From Candidatus Bathyarchaeota archaeon (GTDB lineage Archaea; Thermoproteota; Bathyarchaeia; Bathyarchaeales; Bathycorpusculaceae), in contig CAWHDT010000005.1 in assembly GCA_963828195.1 (NCBI GenBank), positions 768,001 through 832,000 of the forward strand: a stretch of 64,000 nt of DNA, in the 5' to 3' direction. The position numbers and the translations under genes were made by a program. Positions 50,823 to 60,082 of the stretch are shown one piece after another. The notes beneath the pieces are model-generated. The model did no database searches. It saw only the letters and a program-made list of their open reading frames with translations, and had not been told where the DNA came from. How positions within the stretch are numbered: position 1 is the first letter of the stretch; every line of letters starts with the position of its first letter.

Positions 50823-51287
50823 ATGAGCGAAACAGAGTTGAGAGTTTCAAAAATTAAAGATGGCACAGTGATTGACCACATCAGAGGCGGATATGCTTTA
50901 GATGTCATCAAGATTTTAGGAATTACGGGTAAGGAGAAGCGGGTAATCACTATAGGAATTAACGTTCCAAGCAAACGTTTCGGAGTTAAGGACATTGTCA
51001 AGATTGAAGGTAGAGCACTTAACTCTCAGGAAGTTAATAGAATAGCTTTAGTGGCTCCCCACGCGTCAATCAACATTATTCGCAGTTACAAGGTTGTTGA
51101 AAAACAGGAAGTTAAGTTGCCGAAAACAATTGAAGGCATTGTTAAATGCGTAAATCCATGCTGCATCAGTAACGGCGGTGAGCCTGTGGTCTCAAAATTT
51201 TACGTTAAAAACGAGGATCCCTTATCTTTGAAATGCCATTACTGCGGCATAATTTTAGAGCAGGCGGATGTTCTGCAGCAACTCTAA
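50823..51287 (+). CDS. pyrI: Aspartate carbamoyltransferase regulatory subunit
   Basis: IKDGTVIDHI, KDIVKIE, CVNPCCIS, CHYC. Confidence 0.96.
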   Translation: MSETELRVSKIKDGTVIDHIRGGYALDVIKILGITGKEKRVITIGINVPSKRFGVKDIVKIEGRALNSQEVNRIALVAPHASINIIRSYKVVEKQEVKLPKTIEGIVKCVNPCCISNGGEPVVSKFYVKNEDPLSLKCHYCGIILEQADVLQQL

Positions 51288-51736
51288 TTATCCGTCTTCA
51301 TTATCTTTCCCTGCGCCAACTCAAACAAACGTTTAAAATCTTTTTGATTAAGAACTGCACCTTGATTTATTCCTGGACACTCAAAAGTAAACTCAAAAAT
51401 ATACAACCCTTTATCCTCATCGAATTTTAACTCGAATGGGTAAAACATGCAAATTAATGGTCTTAGGGAGTAAATGGTGCATTGGTTATCTTTTAAGTAG
51501 ACGCATTGACCTTCATTTGTCTTTTTCATTTCATAAACATAAGGATGCTTATCTTTGATTTCTATTGAAAAATCATTTATGGACTGGGCGGTGTGGCGGG
51601 CAATTTTTCCGGCTTCAGTTTCTAAGAGGAGAATGTGCCTTGTTTTTTGTTTTGTGTCACCGCAGCACAACCCACATCTACTGCACGCGAATCGAACATT
51701 AACAGGGAAGATAAAATCCACTTTTGCCACAAACAT
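51284..51736 (-). CDS. YkgJ family cysteine-cluster protein
   Basis: FACSRCGLCC, CVYL...CTIYSLRPLICMFYPF, CPGI. Confidence 0.88.
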   Translation of the reverse strand: MFVAKVDFIFPVNVRFACSRCGLCCGDTKQKTRHILLLETEAGKIARHTAQSINDFSIEIKDKHPYVYEMKKTNEGQCVYLKDNQCTIYSLRPLICMFYPFELKFDEDKGLYIFEFTFECPGINQGAVLNQKDFKRLFELAQGKIMKTDN

Positions 51737-51769
51737 GAATTAAGGCGGTGAAATAAAAAACTTCGCAGG

Positions 51770-52126
51770 TTACGTTTTGCTTTCTTCAAGCGCTTTGTTG
51801 CGGTGACCTTCCCCATACTGGAAAGGGCGGCTAAAGTTTTTCTCGAGTTTTCCCTGGAATACTTCGTCAAGGTCCATGTTGGGGCAGGCTAAGCGGCTTG
51901 CATCTAAAACATAAAACAATACGTCGATTAGTTCTTCAGCTATTTTCTCTTCAGGCAACCCCTTTTTCCATGCATCACTTGCTTCGCCTAGTTCTATGAA
52001 GGCAAAAAGCAATTTTTTAGGGATATCTTCAGGCTTATTGTAAAAGCCTTTAGCAATTACGAGCGATTCTATCTGCTTTTTCATCTCTTCCAAATTCAAC
52101 TTCAGGTTCCCCTTTTGCATTGACAA
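51770..52126 (-). CDS. MazG-like nucleotide pyrophosphohydrolase
   Basis: IELGEASDAWKK...IAEELIDVLFY...KLEKN.SR. Confidence 0.8.
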   Translation of the reverse strand: MSMQKGNLKLNLEEMKKQIESLVIAKGFYNKPEDIPKKLLFAFIELGEASDAWKKGLPEEKIAEELIDVLFYVLDASRLACPNMDLDEVFQGKLEKNFSRPFQYGEGHRNKALEESKT

Positions 52127-52415
52127 AAACTATAGCCCGCTTACTTATAGTTAAATCTAGGCGGCGGAAGTTTGCAGGTTGCCTGTGACTGCCAATACGC
52201 AACCACAAATTCTTATTTTCCCATCCTGCACCAAGAATATTGTCGAACAGAAACGAGTCGTTTGGTAGACAAACCTGCTGCCAAGATATGGCTCTGTCTC
52301 AAATCTGCACTATGGGGCTTAGGCTCCCAAATGTGTATTTCTGGGCATCCTTTCAGGCAAAAAGGAAGTCTGCCAAACGGCACCTCAAAACTTGAAATTT
52401 CTTTTAACCAATTTT

Positions 52416-52536
52416 TTTGTCTGCATGCCATATTTGTGTTGTTTTTTTGGTGTAAATACTAGACCTCCTCTTAGGGTAGGCTGGCCAGATTCAGGGCTTA
52501 TTTCAGGTTGTTTTTTTGGTTTAGGGCTCGAATTAA
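52416..52536 (-). repeat. Dispersed intergenic repeat, copy B
   Basis: Similar to both 47931-48040 (opposite strand) and 14561-14672. Confidence 0.75.
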
Positions 52537-52659
52537 CGTTAAGCTGAAAAGTTCTTTGCAAATTTTAGTATATAAAGGGTTGAACTGATCGCTGTTCACA
52601 ATTTTTGGTTAAGCAAACTTTTAATTTAGTATTTGACATTAGGGGATAAGCGATAAAGT

Positions 52660-52926
52660 ATGGCTAAGTTAAAATGCAAGAAATGCGGAGCCGTCTTCGA
52701 ATACTCCTACAAGCCGTTGGCTTCACTGGTGCATGTTGGACCATACAAACAAGTCCAGTGCCCAGCATGCGGAAAAAACAGTTGGCAAAACGCATATTCA
52801 TCCGTTAAAGACCCAGTAACTTGGCCTCCCGAAGCAAAACAGCAGGAGCAGACCGCCCCGCCCCAGTTAACTGAGGAGGAGCTGGAAAAGAAGCGCATCG
52901 AAGAATCCAAATACGAAAAAACCTGA
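52660..52926 (+). CDS. Zn-ribbon protein (soluble paralog)
   Basis: CKKC...CPACG; VKDPVTWP; ELEKKRIEESKYEK. Confidence 0.8.
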   Translation: MAKLKCKKCGAVFEYSYKPLASLVHVGPYKQVQCPACGKNSWQNAYSSVKDPVTWPPEAKQQEQTAPPQLTEEELEKKRIEESKYEKT

Positions 52927-53033
52927 AAAGAATAGCGAAATCAGTCTTTGTATGTATTAATATTTCCCAAAAAAATTAGTTTAAAAACTGGTTGAGCGCA
53001 CTATTTTTTGGTGCTAATATTCTTCTTGCCTTT

Positions 53034-53558
53034 TTATTGTTTTGCCCCTTTATTTAAGAAGTCATCAAAAATCGACAGCTTCCGAGACAACTCATCTAAT
53101 TTTGCCGGAGTCTCAGGTTCATTGTATACCTGAGTGAACGCTTTCATGCTGGCGAAAACGGCAAAATCGACTGGGTCAACATCCTCAGGGATCTCGCCGA
53201 ACGCTGAAAACTTTGCCATCAGGTTGTTTTGTAGCTCCATGTAGATTTTTAATGCTGCCTGCAAGTTTGCGTCTTTGGGTTTGAAGTTGAAGGGTTGCTG
53301 GGGAACGTATCTGGTTGCCGTGGCTCGGTAGAGTTTCCTCTCTATATTTCCAACTTTTTCGGTTCTTGAGAGTTCTACTACGTTGGCTTTGAGGAGTTTC
53401 TGCATTCGTCTCCAAAGCTTTAGTGTGGGCAAGTCGAGTTGAGTGGCAAGTTGGGAGATTGATTGTTCGTTTCGGACGAGGTTTTTGACTATTATTTGAT
53501 TGATCGGGTCTGAAAGTAGCGTTGTGCTTTTTTGATCTAGGGCTTTTACCAGTTTCAT
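53034..53558 (-). CDS. ArsR-like winged-helix transcription regulator
   Basis: LSDPINQII..L...EQSISQLA..L...LWRRMQKL...GNIERKLYRATA. Confidence 0.8.
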   Translation of the reverse strand: MKLVKALDQKSTTLLSDPINQIIVKNLVRNEQSISQLATQLDLPTLKLWRRMQKLLKANVVELSRTEKVGNIERKLYRATATRYVPQQPFNFKPKDANLQAALKIYMELQNNLMAKFSAFGEIPEDVDPVDFAVFASMKAFTQVYNEPETPAKLDELSRKLSIFDDFLNKGAKQ

Positions 53559-53576
53559 ATGTTGAAAACGGTTTCA
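53553..53576. promoter_or_regulatory. Candidate operator between regulator and Zn-ribbon/ABC operon
   Basis: TTTCA-N5-TGAAA-N4-TTTCA overlapping inverted repeats across the regulator start, next to the TATA-like TTAAATA. Confidence 0.35.
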
Positions 53577-53633
53577 TCTAGCTTAAATACTTATGTGCCT
53601 TGTCATATCGCCATACAACGCAGCGTGAATTGA

Positions 53634-53996
53634 ATGAGTCAATCAATCGGTTCTCTTACCGGATCAAACGGCGAAATTATCATATTGGTTGCGGTAGCCG
53701 TTGTTGCCGTGGCCTTTAGAATTTTCCTCATGAAAAATCAAGGCACACTGCGTGCTAAATGTCCCAAATGCAATGCAGTGTTTGATGCTTCACACAGTTT
53801 CCCAATCCTCCGTTTAGGACCTAAGAGACCGCTCAAATGCCCCGCATGTGGCAAAACAAGCCTTATGAACGCGCACGTGAAAGACCCAATCACTTGGCCC
53901 GCAGAAGAGACTAAACCTCAACAAACGTCACAACAATTGGCGGGCGAAGATTTAGAGAAGCAGCGAATAGAAGACTCTAAATACGAAAAAGCCTAA
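53634..53996 (+). CDS. Membrane-anchored Zn-ribbon protein
   Basis: TM helix IIILVAVAVVAVAF; CPKC...CPACG; VKDPITWP; DLEKQRIEDSKYEK. Confidence 0.8.
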   Translation: MSQSIGSLTGSNGEIIILVAVAVVAVAFRIFLMKNQGTLRAKCPKCNAVFDASHSFPILRLGPKRPLKCPACGKTSLMNAHVKDPITWPAEETKPQQTSQQLAGEDLEKQRIEDSKYEKA

Positions 53997-54021
53997 ATCG
54001 TATAAAAACTGGTTGTAAAGC

Positions 54022-54951
54022 ATGATTGACACTGAAAATCTCACCCGAAAATTCGGCAACCTAACGGCTGTAGATAACGTCACCCTACATGTTGACGAAG
54101 GCGAGGTTTTCGGTTTTCTTGGCCCAAACGGAGCGGGAAAAACCACCACAGTGCGCATGCTCTGCTGCCTAATAAGCAAAACCAGCGGCAACGCTCGTAT
54201 AGGCGATTTCGCCGTTGACAACGAATCAGACTGCCTCAAAATAAGAAAAATGGTGGGCATCTTGCCTGAAAACGTAGGGTTATACGACAGCCTAAGTGCC
54301 TACCGCAACCTTGACTTTTACGGAAAACTCTACGAGGTCCCAGAGGCGAAACGCAAAGAAAACATTGAACATCTCCTGCGGCTTTTGGGAATTTGGGAGC
54401 GCAGAGACGACGCAGTCGGCACATTTTCGAAAGGCACTAAACAGAAAATAGCCATAGCCCGAGCTCTAATCCATGACCCTCAAGTGTTATTTCTAGATGA
54501 GCCTACGGCAAATTTGGATCCTGAGGCTTCAAAAACGGTTCGAGATTTCGTTTTGGACCTAAAAAAAGAGAAGCACACCATCTTTTTGAACACTCACAAC
54601 TTAGACGAAGCGGATCGGCTATGTGACCGCATTGCCATCCTGAAAACTCGCTTAATCGTGGTTGATTCACCAAAAAACTTGGAGCGCAGCCTGTACAACC
54701 GAAAAACCATCGTTCACCTTGCCAGTGTTACAAGCCAAGTTTTAGGCGCCGTGAGGGGGCTTAATTCAGTGAAAAACGTGAAAACCAACGAAAACAGGTT
54801 AATTCTCGATATAGATGATCCAGAGAAGGATAATCCTGAGGTGGTGCGGGCGATTGTGGCGGCGGGCGGCAACATCCAATACGTTACGGAGTTGCGGTCC
54901 ACGCTTGAAGATGTTTATTTGAAATTGATTCGGGAGGCTTCAGTGCAATGA
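54022..54951 (+). CDS. ABC-2 type exporter ATP-binding protein
   Basis: GPNGAGKTT, FSKGTKQK, LFLDEPT, THN. Confidence 0.95.
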   Translation: MIDTENLTRKFGNLTAVDNVTLHVDEGEVFGFLGPNGAGKTTTVRMLCCLISKTSGNARIGDFAVDNESDCLKIRKMVGILPENVGLYDSLSAYRNLDFYGKLYEVPEAKRKENIEHLLRLLGIWERRDDAVGTFSKGTKQKIAIARALIHDPQVLFLDEPTANLDPEASKTVRDFVLDLKKEKHTIFLNTHNLDEADRLCDRIAILKTRLIVVDSPKNLERSLYNRKTIVHLASVTSQVLGAVRGLNSVKNVKTNENRLILDIDDPEKDNPEVVRAIVAAGGNIQYVTELRSTLEDVYLKLIREASVQ

Positions 54952-55700
54952 GATTATGGAAGTCATGGATAGTAACTTCAAAAGACTTGAGCGTCTTTAA
55001 GAAAAACAAGTATATCCTCTACTCCCTAGTTGCTATGCCCCTTGCCGTGGGCGTTGTGCTTCCGAGCATTTTCATATTTGCTTTGCAATCCCAGGCATCC
55101 ACGCTTACACGAGCTCAATTCATCAGTGCTGCTAATTCAGTCGCAAACACAGGCTCGATATATTTTGTTTTAATACCTGTGGTTCTTCCAGCGATAATGG
55201 GTTCGTACAGTATTGTAGGCGAAAAAATCGAAAAAAGTCTTGAACCCTTATTGGCTACTCCGACGACAGACGGCGAAATACTGTTAGGCAAAACCTTAGC
55301 TACCTTGCTTCCAACGCTGGGAGTAACCTGCATCGGCACAGCAATATTCGTAACGATTATGGACGTTTGGTCCTACATTAAACTCGGGTTATTTCTACTT
55401 CCGAACACGGATTTTGCATTAATTCTGGGCGTGATGGCACCTTTAGCTTGCGTTTTAAGTGTCGAAGCCAACGTCATCATATCTTCCAAAGTAAATGACA
55501 TCCGTGCAGCTCAGCAGATAGGAACATATGTAGTTATCCCACTGATACTTCTACTGGTTTTTGCCACCCAAATCACAACAATTCCCATAATCCTGCTCGT
55601 CTTAATTGTGTCCACAGTGATAGCCGTCATAGACATCGCATTGTTCTACCTAGCCAAAACAACCTTCCAAAGAGAAGAAATCTTAACGAAATGGAAATAG
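54948..55700 (+). CDS. ABC-2 type exporter permease
   Basis: SIVGEKIEKSLEPLLATP, ILLGK; about 6 TM segments. Confidence 0.9.
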   Translation: MRLWKSWIVTSKDLSVFKKNKYILYSLVAMPLAVGVVLPSIFIFALQSQASTLTRAQFISAANSVANTGSIYFVLIPVVLPAIMGSYSIVGEKIEKSLEPLLATPTTDGEILLGKTLATLLPTLGVTCIGTAIFVTIMDVWSYIKLGLFLLPNTDFALILGVMAPLACVLSVEANVIISSKVNDIRAAQQIGTYVVIPLILLLVFATQITTIPIILLVLIVSTVIAVIDIALFYLAKTTFQREEILTKWK

Positions 55701-55808
55701 ATGCAAAAAAAATTTTGGTCACACAGTTTTAATTTTGCATTAAAGATAGCTTAAGAAAAAGAGGCTAAATCCTCAAACACCGATTAAAACGACTTAAAAC
55801 TTTTTATT

Positions 55809-56135
55809 TTAGGGGTTTTCAGTGAATTTTGTAAGCTGCCTCTTAGTTAATCCTGCTCCAGGTGTGGCGTCAAGTCTTTTATGCACCCTTCCCTTTTCGA
55901 AAAGAAGCACAGTCGGGTAATATTCAATTGCGTATTTATCGCATAAATCTGGTTTATCATCCACTACAACGCTGATGCATTCCTGCGGATTTGTTTTGGC
56001 ATATTCCTTAAAAACGGGAAGGAATGCTTGGGAATATGGGCACCATGATGCGTAGAAAAGTACATACGCTTTCTCTTTGGAATTTAAAACCTCTTCGATG
56101 TTTTCTTCAGCTTGCTCTCGCGGTCTCTTACTCAT
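55809..56135 (-). CDS. Thioredoxin-fold protein with CxxS motif
   Basis: FYASWCPYS, IEYYPTVLLF. Confidence 0.85.
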   Translation of the reverse strand: MSKRPREQAEENIEEVLNSKEKAYVLFYASWCPYSQAFLPVFKEYAKTNPQECISVVVDDKPDLCDKYAIEYYPTVLLFEKGRVHKRLDATPGAGLTKRQLTKFTENP

Positions 56136-56857
56136 TTTTCTTTCACCTCTCGCGTGGGCTCTCGGTCTGTCTCTTCTGGATAGTGGCTGCTGTCGCAGAA
56201 CGGTTTATTTGTGGATTTTCCGCATCGGCAAAGCGTCACGCGATTTCGCACTTCGTAGAGTTTGCCATCAGCAGAGTACACTGGAATTCCGCCGCGAACC
56301 CAGTAGGGTCCACTGACGCCTTTGCTTGGATCCTCAATTACGCCTATCGACTTGGCTAAAACAGGCTCAAGTATCTTATTAGTTGTCTTATCTACAAGTA
56401 CAAGTCAACCTGAAGGGCAATCGTAAGCATTTTCCACCGCGTTTTTCTTAGCCTTCGGATCGCTTGACTGAGGAATTGCATCCCAAATGTCGCCGCCTCG
56501 ATGGCAAAAACGAGCTGAAGCACAAAGGATCTCCGCATCCTTCAACTTTAATCCGGGGCCATCAATTTCCTTAGCCGTTTTTTCGAAAGGTTCATTGTCG
56601 CTTACTTCTGTTCCGTCAAAATTCACTTTCACATGCGTGCTATCGCAAAACGGCTTGTTTTTGGATTGACCACACCGGCAGAGAATATAATTTTTTGTGG
56701 TATCAAAGTTTTTTCCTACAAGCCATGTGGAGGGTATACCTTGTGCGTCACATGATATTATCGCAGTAAACAAAGGGACGCCTCCTGAAACCAGACAGGG
56801 TCCATTCTTGAGGATGGTTATTTTGTAGTCTTCTTTTGCGTTTGAATTCGTCAACAA
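56132..56857 (-). pseudogene. Two-CDGSH-domain iron-sulfur protein interrupted by in-frame TGA at 56405-56407
   Basis: LCRCGQSKNKPFCDSTH, CASARFC, DCPSG*LVLVD; frame continues GPYWVRGGIP...RNRVTLCRCGKSTNKPFCDSSH to a TGA overlapping the thioredoxin ATG. Confidence 0.85.
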
Positions 56858-56966
56858 ACCCTTTTACCTCACATTTACTGAATCAAAATGAACATAATAA
56901 AGTTGCTACAATTAAAAGTTGGAAAATAAAAAATGTTTAGGAATTCAGCGGGCAAATCAGGCTTTT

Positions 56967-58466
56967 TCACTGTAGCTCTATAATTTCAGAGCGTCTTAAT
57001 TGCCGTTTTGCTAATCCTGCGAAAACCTTGTAGAATTCCTTTAGGGCAACCCGATATCCCTTATCCATGAAGGACATGTCTAAGAGATTGTCCACCCAAC
57101 GAAGGCTGTGTTCTGCGCATAGAAACATCAGTTGCTCGTGTAGTTTGTTCACTTCTGTTTCTCTGAACCAATCTTTGTTTTTGAGCCGACCCAGCGGAAC
57201 AAAGAATAAAGGCACAATTAGGCTTCTGCAATCTTTTACATCGTCTATAAGCTCCATCGTTTTTATGATGTCGTCTTCGGTTTCTTCAGGGAGCCCAACG
57301 ATAAGTGTTGCCGCTGGTATCAACTTGTGATCATGCATTATTCCAAAGCCTTGCCGTGCAACTTGAGGCCACTCTTCAGGCTTAAATGGAAGCGCTTTTG
57401 CAGGCATGATTTTCTTCGCCAGTTCAGCTGAACCAGTTTCAACGCCGATTTCTGCTCCCCACCAGGCTTGCTTCTGAAGGATAATTTCTGAAAGTTTAGA
57501 GACAAGTTTAGGTTTTGAGGCTACGGCGGCTAATGAACAGTGGCTCCAACTAATGGCATGAACCTTGCTCATGACTGACTCATGAAGCTTCAGAAGTTTT
57601 TCGTCATTAGGCACTGCGTTTTGGGAACCATAAAGCATTACGTCTTCAGCATGCAAGCAAATAACGCGGTGCTTCCCCAATTCGACATTGACGGTTAATT
57701 CCCGCACGATTTTGTCGTAGGGGTACCAACGCAGGGGTCTGAGGGTAACATTGCAGAATTCGCAGCCCCGGCAGCATCCTCTGCCAAGCTCAATTAGGCC
57801 ATTGACGGATGGCTGAACAATGTCCGGTATATCTTCAAGCCGAGGTGCATCTTTAGCTGAGACTTCATAATGAGACTGGAGCGCCTCGCCGTTTATTGCT
57901 GATTTGAATATTTTTCCTATAATGTTTTCTGCCTCGCCCTCTACTATGCAATCTATCACTTTTTTTTCAACAAGTTGTGGTCTGTAGCGGAACTGCCATG
58001 CTCCTGGTCCGCCAACTATTACCTTTATTCCGTTTCTTTTTGCTTCTCTGATGATGGGACTGGTTACTAACGCATGAAAGTGCCTTGCCAAGAACGGCTC
58101 TTTATGGAAAACGGATGCCAACGTGGTTGATGCTGGACCGAAACCAAACGGGTCCATAGTGTGGATACCTATAACTTTGGCGGTTTTAAGGTATTTTCGA
58201 AGGTGCTGGGGGCTGACTGTTAAAACGTTTAAGCCTTCTTTTATCAATTGAGCTTCGATTTTTCTTAAGCCATAGGGCGCAGCAGTTGGCAACCCTTTGT
58301 TTGTCCTTATTGGTGGAAAAAATAGGTAACTGTATAAGACATCGGGGATAAAATTGGAAGGAGCGCAGGTCCCGAATCCTAAGAATTCGTTACCGTGGTA
58401 ATTGCTCATCAGTGTTCTATCAGCAGTTAAGAGTATATCTGGATCTTTGTTTGCCATTTGGATCAT
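56967..58466 (-). CDS. B12-binding-type radical SAM protein
   Basis: APYGLRKIEA, IVGGPGAWQ, GRGCCRGCEFC, GVETGS, IVGLPEET. Confidence 0.88.
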   Translation of the reverse strand: MIQMANKDPDILLTADRTLMSNYHGNEFLGFGTCAPSNFIPDVLYSYLFFPPIRTNKGLPTAAPYGLRKIEAQLIKEGLNVLTVSPQHLRKYLKTAKVIGIHTMDPFGFGPASTTLASVFHKEPFLARHFHALVTSPIIREAKRNGIKVIVGGPGAWQFRYRPQLVEKKVIDCIVEGEAENIIGKIFKSAINGEALQSHYEVSAKDAPRLEDIPDIVQPSVNGLIELGRGCCRGCEFCNVTLRPLRWYPYDKIVRELTVNVELGKHRVICLHAEDVMLYGSQNAVPNDEKLLKLHESVMSKVHAISWSHCSLAAVASKPKLVSKLSEIILQKQAWWGAEIGVETGSAELAKKIMPAKALPFKPEEWPQVARQGFGIMHDHKLIPAATLIVGLPEETEDDIIKTMELIDDVKDCRSLIVPLFFVPLGRLKNKDWFRETEVNKLHEQLMFLCAEHSLRWVDNLLDMSFMDKGYRVALKEFYKVFAGLAKRQLRRSEIIELQ

Positions 58467-58780
58467 CCATGTCTAACAGGTATCTTTCTATTATGAGTAT
58501 GTAAGATACTATGTAGTGGAGATTTAAATTATTGCTGCATCCAAATAAACATTACATCTTGCGCAATCTTGGCTAACGAAGGATTCGTAAATGCATCGCG
58601 GTTCAATTTGCAAAAATTTCTAGGTTCGCACTAAGGTGTGCATTCGTAAATTCACCATGTATCGATTGTCTATCTGGATGTTTTTTAGGCTCAATATTGT
58701 TTACAATGTTTCAATTTTTATGTGGTTATGTTTATATATCTCTTGTTTTACTAAACAAACGTCAAGTAAACCATTAGGGT

Positions 58781-59263
58781 GTGGGAATTTTGGGCTTAAA
58801 ATCGAGTGAAAGCCCACTGAAAAAATTAGACGAAGTTGATCTGCAAATCGTTCGCGCATTGGAAGAAGATTCACGTGTAAGTCTGCGTAAGCTCGCTCGC
58901 AGAGTTGGGATCACCCCAAACGTTCTGCATAACCGCCTTAGTTGTCTTGAACATGAAGGAATAATTCTCGGATATGTACCCGTGGTTGATGCAGCTAAGA
59001 TGGGTTACGCCTTAACTGCCATTATTATGATCCAGGTTGAAGGCGGACATATTGTTGAGGTCGAAAATGAAATTGCCAAAGAAAACAATGTTCTATCCGT
59101 TTATGACATAACTGGAGAGTATGATGCAATCGTCTTCGCCAAGTTCAGAGATAATGCAAGCCTTAACGGTTATCTAAAGAAACTTTTGACCGAGCGCTTC
59201 ATAAAGAGAACCACCACGCTAATTGCGTTAAACGCCGTAAAAGAATACAGCAAAGTTATTTGA
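58781..59263 (+). CDS. Lrp/AsnC family transcription regulator
   Basis: LDEVDLQIVRALEEDSR..LRKLA; YDITGEYD. Confidence 0.92.
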   Translation: MGILGLKSSESPLKKLDEVDLQIVRALEEDSRVSLRKLARRVGITPNVLHNRLSCLEHEGIILGYVPVVDAAKMGYALTAIIMIQVEGGHIVEVENEIAKENNVLSVYDITGEYDAIVFAKFRDNASLNGYLKKLLTERFIKRTTTLIALNAVKEYSKVI

Positions 59264-59410
59264 TTGCTCTTCTTTCTGAATTGTTAAAAGCTCATATCAT
59301 TATAAGATTAATCGTTACTCTTGAGCTGCGGACTAAGTGCAGAAAATTGTAAATACTTCTTTTGCTTGAGCGAGTATTACTAAGATTGAAATCGAGCGAG
59401 AGGTTGTGAG

Positions 59411-60082
59411 TTGAAAAGTATTAAGGGTATCTTGGTTGTTGGCGAAAGAAACATTTTCATGGAGTTAACACAAATTATCGCCATCGCAACAGAAGCTAAC
59501 ACTCTTGTGTACAGCATGTTCAATGTAGATGTCAAAGAAAAACAAGTAACTGACGCCATGCATGCCATGCAGTTGCTTGAGAAAAAATCTGATGAAATTG
59601 CCTTCAAAATAGGGGAAGACATTACAAGCGGCGCCATAAGTCCCAATATAATAGATGACCTGCTTAAATCCGTCCAAGTTGCTGACGACATAGTTGACCT
59701 ATATTATTACCTCAGCAGAGAACTGGATCGAATGGCGAAGGTGTACTCAGCCGGTTTCGAAATGAAACGTCCCGGCTGGGACGATGTATATGTTAACATT
59801 CTTGCACTCGCTGAAAAATCTCTCTTAAAGCTAAAACAGGCACTCTCCTCATCTGATGTTCTAGAGATTTTGGAGTTGCGGAAAGAAATTGAAGCCTTGG
59901 AAGAGCATGGTGATGAATTAAAGGATGATGGATTTGACAGATTGTATCTTATGACGCCGAATCTGCATTATTTACAGTTCTTTCATTATTCTGAGCTTAT
60001 GCACAAATGCGACGACGTACTTGATTCATGCGAGGACCTCTCAGACTTGATTGTATCCGTGGTTACTTCCATCCTTAAGTGA
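59411..60082 (+). CDS. DUF47/PhoU-like phosphate transport accessory protein
   Basis: LEKKSDEI, DDIVD, LEEHGDELK, DDVLDSCED; overlaps the PiT gene. Confidence 0.82.
   Translation: MKSIKGILVVGERNIFMELTQIIAIATEANTLVYSMFNVDVKEKQVTDAMHAMQLLEKKSDEIAFKIGEDITSGAISPNIIDDLLKSVQVADDIVDLYYYLSRELDRMAKVYSAGFEMKRPGWDDVYVNILALAEKSLLKLKQALSSSDVLEILELRKEIEALEEHGDELKDDGFDRLYLMTPNLHYLQFFHYSELMHKCDDVLDSCEDLSDLIVSVVTSILK

Noticed and set aside
47931-52536. Invertible segment or composite transposon bounded by inverted copies A and B
   Set aside because: The copies are too diverged, the enclosed genes are housekeeping (Sm, rio2, pyrI), no recombinase is nearby, and a third copy elsewhere indicates a dispersed family.
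56405-56407. Selenocysteine reading of the TGA in the CDGSH gene
   Set aside because: The position corresponds, from recalled homologs, to Arg rather than Cys. All CDGSH cysteines are normal Cys codons and I recognised no SECIS.
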